Made by a program: the position numbers and the translations under genes | Source of the DNA: Candidatus Thorarchaeota archaeon | GTDB taxonomy: Archaea; Asgardarchaeota; Thorarchaeia; Thorarchaeales; Thorarchaeaceae | Direction of reading: 5' to 3' | Length of the DNA stretch: 46,688 nucleotides | Assembly: GCA_048882045.1 (NCBI GenBank) | Contig: JBHLRZ010000027.1 | Location: forward strand, 1-46,688 | Shown here: positions 1 to 8,853 of the stretch, in pieces | Layout: each line of letters starts with the position of its first letter | Numbering within the stretch: position 1 is the stretch's first letter | The notes under the pieces: model-generated | The model's input: the letters and a program-made list of their open reading frames with translations, nothing else | Told to the model about the DNA's origin: nothing | Database searches by the model: none

Positions 1-1
1 T

Positions 2-442
2 TACAAGGATGTACCTTGCAAAACTCCTTCGATCATTCATGGTGACTTCCATACGTTCAATGTCCTAGTGGATGAGACTGAGAAAGCCTATGTTATTGAT
101 TGGGGGGCTTCAAAGGTTGCTGACTTTCGTTCAGATTTGGCATGGACTCTTCTTCTAAGCTATGCATATGATACCAGGGAACGTCGTGACTTGGTACTAC
201 ATGGATACGAAACTGCACTTGGACGAGAAGTTGAGCAGATAGAGTACTTTGAGGTGCTTTCCACTGTGAGGAGATTATACGACGTGACTTCCTCATTTGA
301 TGGGAAGTCCAATCTTCGTCCTGAAGCAATAGACATGATGAGGGAGACCGCTGGTCACATTGTGCGAGTTCGAAATAGGTTGAATGAACTGACAGGAATC
401 ACAATACCTATGATTGACAAATTTGTTGACACCCTTTCCTGA
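2..442 (+). CDS. Aminoglycoside phosphotransferase/choline kinase-like protein, 5'-truncated by the window edge
   Basis: The frame is open from nt 2: YKDVPCKTPSIIHGDFHTFNVLV...VIDWG. This contains the HGDxHxxN catalytic loop and the DW metal-binding motif of the APH family. Confidence 0.8.
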   Translation, partial: YKDVPCKTPSIIHGDFHTFNVLVDETEKAYVIDWGASKVADFRSDLAWTLLLSYAYDTRERRDLVLHGYETALGREVEQIEYFEVLSTVRRLYDVTSSFDGKSNLRPEAIDMMRETAGHIVRVRNRLNELTGITIPMIDKFVDTLS

Positions 443-469
443 TAAACATTGGATTCTTTTTCTAGTGAA

Positions 470-510
470 TTTATATTCCTACAGGTTCCACGCAAACGGG
501 AGGTGGAGGC
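470..510 (+). promoter_or_regulatory. TATA-like box (TTTATATT, 470-477) and GGAGG ribosome-binding site upstream of the 514 gene
   Basis: TTTATATT lies ~40 nt before the GTG start, and GGGAGGTGGAGG lies just upstream of it. Confidence 0.5.
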
Positions 511-513
511 ACA

Positions 514-2781
514 GTGACACGCGTCACGCCAATACTTATTGTAGGAATATTCCTAGCAGGCTTACTAATCGTTCCCTCGGTATTTGTATTTGAAGGAGGC
601 AATACTCCAGTAAATATCGATGGACCGTTTGAATCTCAAGCATCATTGGCTCAGTTGCCTAAGAATGCGAGAATTGCAATATATGATGAATCTAATCTCA
701 CAGTTCCTAGTCTGTCATATGCAGAGGGTCTCACAAACGACATTGCTGAGGTAACGACTCTGCTTGAGGGTGCAGGTCACACTGTTGAACCTCTGACAAC
801 GAGTGACATCATGAATCACGAACTGATGACAGCAGATTATGACATTTTCATCCTTGCTAATCAGCTGCCAAAAGATAGTATCAGAGAACTAGTTCGGGAA
901 TTCTGGCTTGGAGGTGGGAGTCTCTTTACTTTCAACGGCTCTCTCAGTTATCTATTCTACGGAAGGATATTGGATTCAAGTGATGACACTGATTGGCGTG
1001 TTTTCTACTGGAACTACTGGCCAACTGACAGTCAGAATGTTTCCGCCAGACATCCAACAATGAAAGATTACCATGTCAACGATACAGTCTTTGAGAGTGG
1101 TGCAAATTGTGCTGTGATATGGAAACCCTATCTGGATGCATTAGACAATGCAGAGGACTACACATATCTATTGCATAATTCGACCGCTGTGAACTATATT
1201 ACAGGATTCGCTCGAGAAGCAACAACTGAAGGCGGGAGGCTTGTCTACCTACCTACTGCGTCTTCCATTGCACCAGACATGGAGAGCATCATCCTCGATT
1301 CAGTAGAATGGCTTGTTCCAAGACCTAAAGGCAGAATTGTATTTGATCTCAGCCATAGTGCGCGTATCGGTATTGATGTATGGGACACACCGTATATTAC
1401 GGTCTGGGCACAACCAGAAAACTTTGGTCAATTTAGAAATCTAGCTGTTAATCACTCATATACATTTGATAAGCTCTATCCATCAGCGACTGGAAATCTG
1501 ACTGCTGATCGATTAGCGAATTACGACATTCTTATCGTGAATTGGCCTGATTTGGATTACAACGCAGCAGAACACGCTGCAGTGGAGAATTGGGTAGCAG
1601 GCGGTGGAAGTCTGCTTGTTCTGGGTGATAGGACCGGCCTGAGTGGTGGCGATACAGGAGATGTTTTTCTGAATCAACTGATTCAGAATTTTGACATGAG
1701 TCTGGGTACCACTGATGTCCTGGATTTTGCATCAATGACTCCTGCTGCAGGTGGTCATTTGACACTTGAGGGTTGTACTTCACTCTATATTGGGTATAGA
1801 AACTATCTTGTTGTAATCGGAAATGCAACTGAGATTTGGATGGATGGTACTGACTGTGTTGTGGCAGGTCAAGAATTCGGTGAAGGAAGAGCAATCCTCT
1901 CTGCAGACATGAACATCTTTGATAGTGGCGAACTTGGTCAAGAATCCAATGTCTTGTATGCATTGAATGTCTTGAACTGGTTGTCATCAAATGATGCAGA
2001 GATTCTTGTGCATACTGATTATCTCGGTTGGAATGATGCTGTATGTAGAGCTCTTAGAGATCTCGGACTCTCATACTCGCTCTTCAATACACGTCAATAT
2101 CTGGATGACTTTGTTGATTCACAGTCATGGGATTTGCTAATCTATAACAATGTCAATTACTTCCCAGAATCCCTAATCTATGATGAGCTGTATGCATTCG
2201 TAAATACCGGTGGCACATTGATACTGACTTCCTTTGACGTGGATAGTCATCCTACACATCCATTATGGTCAAAGATGGGTGTGGAGTGGAGTTCATCTCT
2301 GTCAGGTCAACCATCAATGTATATTTGGGATGCATCTCATCCTATCTTCACAGAGCCAAATGATCATTCAATGGATAACTACACTTCAGGCGCTCTCTTT
2401 GTTGATGATGGTGATACCGTATCCTATTCTGAGGGTTATACTGCACTTGCAGGAGCAACTGCAACCTCACAAAGTGATACCGCCACCATTGTAGTAAGCA
2501 ACGATAGGACAACTCTCTTTAATACCATCATTATTGATAATTTTGTTACTGACGAGGACGACTCTACCTATGCTGATAGTGTTGAACTCTGGCAGAATGA
2601 AATTGTCTTCATGATGACTGAGCCTACAGGTGGATTCGCAATCGATCCTACGACACTTCTCCTCATCGGTGCTGGAGTTCTTGCTGTTGTCGTGATTGGT
2701 GCCATTGTTTGTAGGCAGCGTGGCTCTTCTGGTGCCGCTGCTAAGCCCAAGAAGAAAACAACCAAGAAGAAGAAGAAATGA
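514..2781 (+). CDS. Exported membrane-anchored protein with three class-I glutamine amidotransferase-like (DUF4350/GIFT-like) domains
   Basis: It has an N-terminal hydrophobic signal, three copies of a 'YDILI...V.GG.LL' unit, an IVFDLSH strand, G.GRAILSADMNIF, a C-terminal TM helix and a poly-Lys tail. Confidence 0.65.
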   Translation: MTRVTPILIVGIFLAGLLIVPSVFVFEGGNTPVNIDGPFESQASLAQLPKNARIAIYDESNLTVPSLSYAEGLTNDIAEVTTLLEGAGHTVEPLTTSDIMNHELMTADYDIFILANQLPKDSIRELVREFWLGGGSLFTFNGSLSYLFYGRILDSSDDTDWRVFYWNYWPTDSQNVSARHPTMKDYHVNDTVFESGANCAVIWKPYLDALDNAEDYTYLLHNSTAVNYITGFAREATTEGGRLVYLPTASSIAPDMESIILDSVEWLVPRPKGRIVFDLSHSARIGIDVWDTPYITVWAQPENFGQFRNLAVNHSYTFDKLYPSATGNLTADRLANYDILIVNWPDLDYNAAEHAAVENWVAGGGSLLVLGDRTGLSGGDTGDVFLNQLIQNFDMSLGTTDVLDFASMTPAAGGHLTLEGCTSLYIGYRNYLVVIGNATEIWMDGTDCVVAGQEFGEGRAILSADMNIFDSGELGQESNVLYALNVLNWLSSNDAEILVHTDYLGWNDAVCRALRDLGLSYSLFNTRQYLDDFVDSQSWDLLIYNNVNYFPESLIYDELYAFVNTGGTLILTSFDVDSHPTHPLWSKMGVEWSSSLSGQPSMYIWDASHPIFTEPNDHSMDNYTSGALFVDDGDTVSYSEGYTALAGATATSQSDTATIVVSNDRTTLFNTIIIDNFVTDEDDSTYADSVELWQNEIVFMMTEPTGGFAIDPTTLLLIGAGVLAVVVIGAIVCRQRGSSGAAAKPKKKTTKKKKK

Positions 2782-2789
2782 AACATTTC

Positions 2790-2824
2790 GGGAAGTCGAA
2801 TGACTTCCCTCTCTTCCTTTTTTT
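2790..2824 (+). terminator. Hairpin plus pyrimidine/U tract
   Basis: GGGAAGTC-GAAT-GACTTCCC forms a perfect 8-bp stem, followed by TCTCTTCC and a run of T. It lies between convergent genes. Confidence 0.6.
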
Positions 2825-4621
2825 CTAAATTCCATGACGCGCACGATATCGCGCTATTGCGTCTGGACCTAATCTACCTACAGCTCGATCTAGATCCTCT
2901 TTGTCAATCTTGACCATGGCTGGTCTACCGTGGCAACAGTTGTATCGACTCTTTGTCTTTGAGAGGTCCACGATAATATCTCTGATTTCCTCATGATTAA
3001 GAGGTTGACCTGCTCTTACTGCTGAGTGACAAGCGGTTAGTTTTACAATGTCTTCCATGAAGGTTTCTCTTGCTTCTTTGGTCCCAATAGTCAGCATCTG
3101 GTCTACGATTGAGACAAGCTCAGTTTCTGATGCTATTCTCCCAAAGATCTCTGGGAGGGTGGATACAGATATGTCATTTCTTCCGAATTCACTTATGGTG
3201 AAACCAATTTTCTCGAGCTCATCAGCCATGTCAAGAATCTGTTCAGCATCACTGTGATTTAGGCTGATGATGAACGGTTCTAGTAGTTCCTGCACATTTA
3301 CAGTTTCTGTGTTGACACTTGTGCGGAGCTGCTCATAGAGCACACGCTCGTGGGCTGCGTGCTGGTCAACGATGAGTAATCCATCCTCGAACTCAAGGAG
3401 GATGTACAGGTTGTGTATTTGTCCAATTATCCTGAAGACTCCTCCAAGAAAGTGTACCTCTTGTGTATCATCCTCCTGGACAGGTTGGATGACCATCTGT
3501 TCAACAAACTGAAGTGGTTCAGTCGAAGTCGCCAATCGCTCTTCTTTTGAAATCGTTATAGGTTCTTCTGCTGTTGAATCAACAAGAACCTCTCCTACTG
3601 ATTCCTCTAGTGACACTGTTTCTATGACTTTCTCTTTATGACCTAATGCTTGTTCAACAGCGTTCTTCACTACCGAAATGACATTTTGAATCTCGAGAAT
3701 GCGGACCTCTCTCTTTGTAGGGTGTACATTAACATCGACATCAGCGAGATTGAGTGTGATATCCAATGCACATATCGGAAATTGTCCCTTCATTAGAGTA
3801 GTTGCGTAAACACGTTCTACAACACTACTGAGTCGCTCATCTATTATCGGTCTTTTCGCCACTGAGAAGTATTCTCTACTTCTATTACCTCTAGCAATGG
3901 GGGGTCTTGCTACAAATCCAGTAACAGATATGCTGTCTTTCGAGTAGTGAACATCAACAAGAGCTTTGGCAATATCTACTCCCCATAGTGAAAGGATTCT
4001 GTCCCGTGCTGTCTGATTCGGTGGGCAATCAATACCGACAGCTCCATCACGGACAAGTCTGAATCCAACTTCTGTACTTATTGCAGCCTGCTTCATCACA
4101 ACTTCCTGAATTCTCAGTCCTTCGACCTTAGCACTCTGAAGGTGCTTCCTTCTTACTGGAACTTTCTTGAATATCTCGTGGACTTCAACAGTTGTACCTC
4201 TTGGTCTTGAGGCATCAGTCAGGTTTTGATGCTCTCCTACCCTTGATGTAAGAATTGTGCCAGTTGCCTCAGTTTCTGTTTTTGTCGTAATCCGGATATC
4301 TGCCACTGAAGCAATACTTGCAAGAGCTTCTCCTCTGAATCCATATGTGGTAATCATATCAAGATCTGATTTGGAACTGACTTTGCTTGTGGAGTGTCGC
4401 CTCAGGCACATCTCACAGTCATCTCTCAAGATACCACCACCATTGTCAGATACTGAGATGAAGTCAAGGCCTCCATTTCTGATTTCGATATCGATAGTAT
4501 CTGCTCCAGCATCCAAGGCATTTTCAATGAGTTCCTTTACAATCGATGATGGATTCTCTATGACTTCTCCTGCTGAAATCAGTGATACCAAGTCTTCACT
4601 GAGGACCTTGATTTTACCCAA
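2825..4621 (-). CDS. mutL: DNA mismatch repair endonuclease MutL
   Basis: Motifs are ISAGEVIENPSSIVKELIENALDA, DNGGG, GFRGEALASI and DVNVHPTKREV, plus C-terminal endonuclease motifs DQHAAHERVLYE, ACH and CCHGRP. GAGGTGA precedes the TTG start. Confidence 0.97.
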   Translation of the reverse strand: MGKIKVLSEDLVSLISAGEVIENPSSIVKELIENALDAGADTIDIEIRNGGLDFISVSDNGGGILRDDCEMCLRRHSTSKVSSKSDLDMITTYGFRGEALASIASVADIRITTKTETEATGTILTSRVGEHQNLTDASRPRGTTVEVHEIFKKVPVRRKHLQSAKVEGLRIQEVVMKQAAISTEVGFRLVRDGAVGIDCPPNQTARDRILSLWGVDIAKALVDVHYSKDSISVTGFVARPPIARGNRSREYFSVAKRPIIDERLSSVVERVYATTLMKGQFPICALDITLNLADVDVNVHPTKREVRILEIQNVISVVKNAVEQALGHKEKVIETVSLEESVGEVLVDSTAEEPITISKEERLATSTEPLQFVEQMVIQPVQEDDTQEVHFLGGVFRIIGQIHNLYILLEFEDGLLIVDQHAAHERVLYEQLRTSVNTETVNVQELLEPFIISLNHSDAEQILDMADELEKIGFTISEFGRNDISVSTLPEIFGRIASETELVSIVDQMLTIGTKEARETFMEDIVKLTACHSAVRAGQPLNHEEIRDIIVDLSKTKSRYNCCHGRPAMVKIDKEDLDRAVGRLGPDAIARYRARHGI

Positions 4622-4630
4622 GGCATCACC

Positions 4631-6184
4631 TCAGGTCCTAGCGACCGAATACTCCACTTCTCCACCGACTACGGTCATCTCGATATCTATCTCGATGATC
4701 TTGTCAGGCGAAACTTCGAGAAGGTTATCTGATAAAACGACGAAGTCTGCTCTCTTACCAACTGTCAAGCTTCCGAGCGTATTCTCTTGGAAAATTGAGT
4801 ATGCACTCTCTAATGTATAGCAACGCAGAGCCTCTTCCACTGTGAGTTGGACTCTCTCATTGTGATGTGTCACAGCAGACCAGATTCCATAGAGTGGACC
4901 ATATGGCATTCCATCGGATCCAAAGCACAAACGCGCACCGTTGTCCAAAGCCACGCGAAACATGTTCATTCCTCGAACTGTTTCAGCGTCAAACCTTTGG
5001 TCATAAAGTCCTCCAATCTGTTGCCATCTACCTACAAAATTAGGTTGCATGGATAGAATCAGACCCAGTCCAACAGCTCGACGTATCTGATACTCATTTA
5101 TCAACTCTGCATGTTCAATCCTATGCCGCTGGTCTCTCAACAAACTCTTGTCTTCAAGACCTTCAAATGTGGAGATGACCATTTCGAGCGCTTCGTCTCC
5201 TATTGCGTGAGTCACTGTTTGAATGTTATTAGTAACAGCTTTTCTTACAATCGATGCGTATTCTTCTGGCTTGAACAACAGCATCCCCTTATTCTTGGGA
5301 TCGTCATTGTATCCCTTTGAAACGTAGGCAGTCTTAGCTCCGATCGAACCATCAGTGAAGATCTTCACTCCTCCAACTCTCACAAGGGGACTTCCCATTC
5401 CTGAGGTAAGCCCAAGTGATATCATGTGGTCTATCTGTTCGACAGGTAGGTTCACAATCATCCTAGTTGTCAGTTGTTGGTTCGTTTCTGCTTCTCTAAT
5501 ATGCCTGATAGTCCCAGCTGAGGCATTGTCCACAGCAGTGGTGATACCTTTCTCATTTGCTATCTTGTTTCCTTTGACCACTCCTTTTTTCACTTCGTCT
5601 GGACTTGCCTTTACTTTCTCCCATACTTCGTCAATGTCCATCAAAACACCGGTGGGTCTTCCAAGTCTATCCTTCTGGACGCCCTCTTGGTTCAAGTCTA
5701 TTCCGAGTTTTTTAAGCCCCATTGTGTTTACAGATGCAAGATGACCACAGATTCGCGTGGCCATGACTGGATGGTCCTTGCTGACATGGTCCAAATCCTT
5801 GGCCTCAAGGTATCTCTTTTTCTTCCACTCGCTTTCGTCCCAATAGTACCCTAGTATCCATTCTCCTTTTGGATAGTTTGATGCTGCTTCTGTAAGAAAC
5901 CTCACAGCCTCTCCAACTGATCCAACCTTGTTGAGTTGAACATGCGCCGCCTTCACTCCTGCACTGGTTAGATGGGTATGCGCATCGATGAATCCGGGAA
6001 CTACTGTCTTTCCTCCAAGGTCTAGTACCCTCTTAGCATCAGGAATGAGGTCGACGACTGTATCATCATCACCAATCGCCAACACTTTGTAACTCTTCAC
6101 TGCAAGTGCAGTGGCAGTTGGTTTCTGAGGATCCATTGTGATGATGTTGCCGTTGAAAACCACCAGGTCAGCTTCAATCTTCAT
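4631..6184 (-). CDS. Metal-dependent amidohydrolase, amidohydrolase_3/YtcJ-like
   Basis: Motifs are PGFIDAHTH, KIFTDGSIGA, THAIGD, RIEHAE, FGSD and G.L.VGKRADFVVL. An alternative GTG start lies at 6190. Confidence 0.9.
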   Translation of the reverse strand: MKIEADLVVFNGNIITMDPQKPTATALAVKSYKVLAIGDDDTVVDLIPDAKRVLDLGGKTVVPGFIDAHTHLTSAGVKAAHVQLNKVGSVGEAVRFLTEAASNYPKGEWILGYYWDESEWKKKRYLEAKDLDHVSKDHPVMATRICGHLASVNTMGLKKLGIDLNQEGVQKDRLGRPTGVLMDIDEVWEKVKASPDEVKKGVVKGNKIANEKGITTAVDNASAGTIRHIREAETNQQLTTRMIVNLPVEQIDHMISLGLTSGMGSPLVRVGGVKIFTDGSIGAKTAYVSKGYNDDPKNKGMLLFKPEEYASIVRKAVTNNIQTVTHAIGDEALEMVISTFEGLEDKSLLRDQRHRIEHAELINEYQIRRAVGLGLILSMQPNFVGRWQQIGGLYDQRFDAETVRGMNMFRVALDNGARLCFGSDGMPYGPLYGIWSAVTHHNERVQLTVEEALRCYTLESAYSIFQENTLGSLTVGKRADFVVLSDNLLEVSPDKIIEIDIEMTVVGGEVEYSVART

Positions 6185-6283
6185 GAGCACGCACTTACAC
6201 TAGTTTGAAAGATATCCCCATATCTTTCTTGTCATTCAACTCATCAATGTATGAGATTTCTATAGTTAAATTCTATATCTAAA

Positions 6284-6931
6284 CTATTTCTTAGGAACCT
6301 TTTTCCAATCATCCAAGAATTTCTTAATCCCAACATCAGTGAGTGGATGATTCACCATCTTGTCAAGTACTGCAGGTGGGATTGTCGCTATATCTGCACC
6401 AATCAAGGCTGCTTCATAAACATGGATCGGATGTCGAATACTTGCCACAATGATCTCGGTTTCGAATCCATAGTTAGTATAGATCTGAACTGTTCCCTCT
6501 ATAACTTCCATACCTACCTGACCGATATCATCCAGCCTTCCTATAAAAGGTGAAACGAAAGTTGCGCCTGCTTTTGCAGCGAGTAGAGCCTGATTCGGAC
6601 TAAAGACAAGTGTGACATTGGTCTGAATACCTTCCTCAGCGCAAACCTTGACAGCCTTTAGGCCCTCCCAAGTCATTGGTATCTTGATGGCTGCGTTATC
6701 AATCCAACTATTGAGCTCTCGTGCCTCTTTGAGCATTCCTTCTGCATCCTCACTCACGACCTCTAGACTAATGGGGCCCTTTACAAACGAGGCAATCTCA
6801 TCTATGACCGTTCTGAAGTCGCGTCCTTCCTTTGCAACAAGTGAAGGGTTTGTTGTGACTCCATCAACCATTCCTCTCTCGTGAGCCTTGCGAATCGCTT
6901 CCACGTTTGCTGTATCAATGAAGAACTTCAA
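6284..6931 (-). CDS. tal: Transaldolase (small TalC/FSA family)
   Basis: Motifs are [19 protein letters not shown] (Schiff-base Lys), TNVTLVFS and ASIRHP. SLEV and SPFIGR (Phe rather than Tyr) favour transaldolase over F6P aldolase. Confidence 0.9.
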   Translation of the reverse strand: MKFFIDTANVEAIRKAHERGMVDGVTTNPSLVAKEGRDFRTVIDEIASFVKGPISLEVVSEDAEGMLKEARELNSWIDNAAIKIPMTWEGLKAVKVCAEEGIQTNVTLVFSPNQALLAAKAGATFVSPFIGRLDDIGQVGMEVIEGTVQIYTNYGFETEIIVASIRHPIHVYEAALIGADIATIPPAVLDKMVNHPLTDVGIKKFLDDWKKVPKK

Positions 6932-7019
6932 ATCTGATTGTCTCCTCTGTTGACCATATTGTGGTTTCTACAGGTTCAGGAAGTTACCAATCTCGATTTA
7001 AAACGTAGGGTCTAGTTGT

Positions 7020-7676
7020 TCATTCCATTGCTTTCTTGAAATCACGAACTCGCTGCTCGATGTCTTTCGTCTTAAAGACAGCAGAGCCTGCAATAAAGAA
7101 GTCTGCACCAGCTTTTCGGAGGTCTCTTACATTCTCTAAGGTCACGCCGCCATCTACTGCGATTCTGACCTCTGGTTTCAATTCATCTAGTAGCGTACGA
7201 AGGTCTGTGATCTTCTTCATTGTTGAGGGGATAAACTTCTGTCCTCCAAATCCTGGACAGACACTCATGAGGAGAACCGAATCAATCAGATCAATCACTC
7301 CTTCGACAGTTTCTACCGAGGTGGCTGGATTCAATGTGATGCCAGCTCTTGCACCGTGGTCAACTATGAGCTGTACGGTTCTGTAAACGTCAAATGATGC
7401 TTCCATGTGTGGATAGATTAGCTCGACACCTGCATCGATGAACTTGGGAATATACTCTCGAGGGTTTGTGATCATGAGGTGCGCATCAAGAGGTACATCT
7501 GTCATGGATTTCAACAGTTTTGCAATCCATGGTCCAAATGAAATATTGGGAACGAAATGACCGTCCATGATGTCTAGATGGAAGTAGTCAGCTCCACCCC
7601 TCTCTGCTGCTTTGATATCTGCTTCGAGATTTACATAATTGGCTGCAAGAATTGAAGGTGTGAGAAGAGGTTTCAT
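7020..7676 (-). CDS. rpe: Ribulose-phosphate 3-epimerase
   Basis: Motifs are PSILAA, HLDIMDGHFVPN, DAHLM, MSV.PGFGGQKF, VDGGV and AGSAVF. Confidence 0.97.
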   Translation of the reverse strand: MKPLLTPSILAANYVNLEADIKAAERGGADYFHLDIMDGHFVPNISFGPWIAKLLKSMTDVPLDAHLMITNPREYIPKFIDAGVELIYPHMEASFDVYRTVQLIVDHGARAGITLNPATSVETVEGVIDLIDSVLLMSVCPGFGGQKFIPSTMKKITDLRTLLDELKPEVRIAVDGGVTLENVRDLRKAGADFFIAGSAVFKTKDIEQRVRDFKKAME

Positions 7677-7734
7677 AGCAAGAAGACTTCAGTCAGAGCT
7701 TACTTTTAATTTTCGCTCTTAGGTCCTCTTCCCT

Positions 7735-8328
7735 CTAATCGGCCTTCCTAAGTCTACTCATTAGATATACAGCAGCAATCCAAACAATAACAAAGCCAAA
7801 GATTCCAGGGATTCTCCAATCAATTACAAAATACCAAAGTCTAGTGATGCCAGATTCTACAATAACAGCAACACATGGAGTTTGGTCGTTGTAATCATCT
7901 TGTTGCCATAGATCAATAGGTCCGTAACCATATAGAATCTTCACATACAGGGTTTCTCCGGGTTCCACATCAAACGGAAATGGCTGGAATAATGAATTGT
8001 ATATTCTAAAGTATCTAGTTGAGTTCTCGTAAACGTCGAAGGTGTGGCTTTCAGATGTGATCCAGGATGAATTGTCCATGGAAAGGGCTAGTGTCACATG
8101 CGGCCAGAGCGACTCCTGGTCCGTTCCCCCCAACCAAGTATAACCCACAGCAAGACAGGTACTCATGAATCCCTCTTCAATTGTTGCATTATCTATACTC
8201 ACAAATTCGAAACCGTCTGACTCTTGCTGGGAAGAAAGAAATGGAAGGTCTTGATTTTGCGCGTCCGAACTAATACCAATCACGAGTATGACTAGGAGGG
8301 ATAGGAGAACCAACTTATTACTCCGCAA
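7735..8328 (-). CDS. Hypothetical exported protein with C-terminal TM anchor
   Basis: It has an N-terminal signal-like segment and a C-terminal hydrophobic helix followed by RLRK. I recognise no family. Confidence 0.6.
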   Translation of the reverse strand: MRSNKLVLLSLLVILVIGISSDAQNQDLPFLSSQQESDGFEFVSIDNATIEEGFMSTCLAVGYTWLGGTDQESLWPHVTLALSMDNSSWITSESHTFDVYENSTRYFRIYNSLFQPFPFDVEPGETLYVKILYGYGPIDLWQQDDYNDQTPCVAVIVESGITRLWYFVIDWRIPGIFGFVIVWIAAVYLMSRLRKAD

Positions 8329-8414
8329 TCAAGACCCCTATGATATATGGAATACAATGTGTTATTGAGCTGCCGATAGGCTATCGATTGTACTATGACA
8401 ATCTCTCTCTGTGG

Positions 8415-8732
8415 TCAATCACTAGGTGCAAATGCTGGTCTCATGATTCGAGTCCGTATATTCTCCATGAACACTGAACTCTCGCTCGTCAGTCTATGGA
8501 AATCTTTCTCTTTCCACAACTCTGCGAATTTCTCTATTGATTCGAAGATTAAACAAACGATGAAATTATTTGTGTTGTCGGTCCATGAGTGGAATTCCTT
8601 GACTAGTCCTTTCTTTTGCCATGCAGCAAACGCTTTGGAGCTTTCTGTCATCAACTTGAGATATGGCTCAATATTTGTCTTTGGCGCATCAAACTCACCA
8701 AAGAACATCACGTAGTTTGGATCTGGCTCCAT
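8415..8732 (-). CDS. Small hypothetical protein, possibly a dimeric alpha-beta barrel fold
   Basis: A strong GGAGG RBS precedes the ATG. The alternating strand/helix pattern includes FESIEKFAELW. Confidence 0.55.
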   Translation of the reverse strand: MEPDPNYVMFFGEFDAPKTNIEPYLKLMTESSKAFAAWQKKGLVKEFHSWTDNTNNFIVCLIFESIEKFAELWKEKDFHRLTSESSVFMENIRTRIMRPAFAPSD

Positions 8733-8853
8733 TATGTCGCCTCCTTACAGTCTAACAAGAACCTATGCTTGTGGTCCTATATATGTCTAATCAATTGAAT
8801 TTTTAAAATAACCAAGCGTTTAATGATAGCAGACCAGTTATCAGATTATTCAG

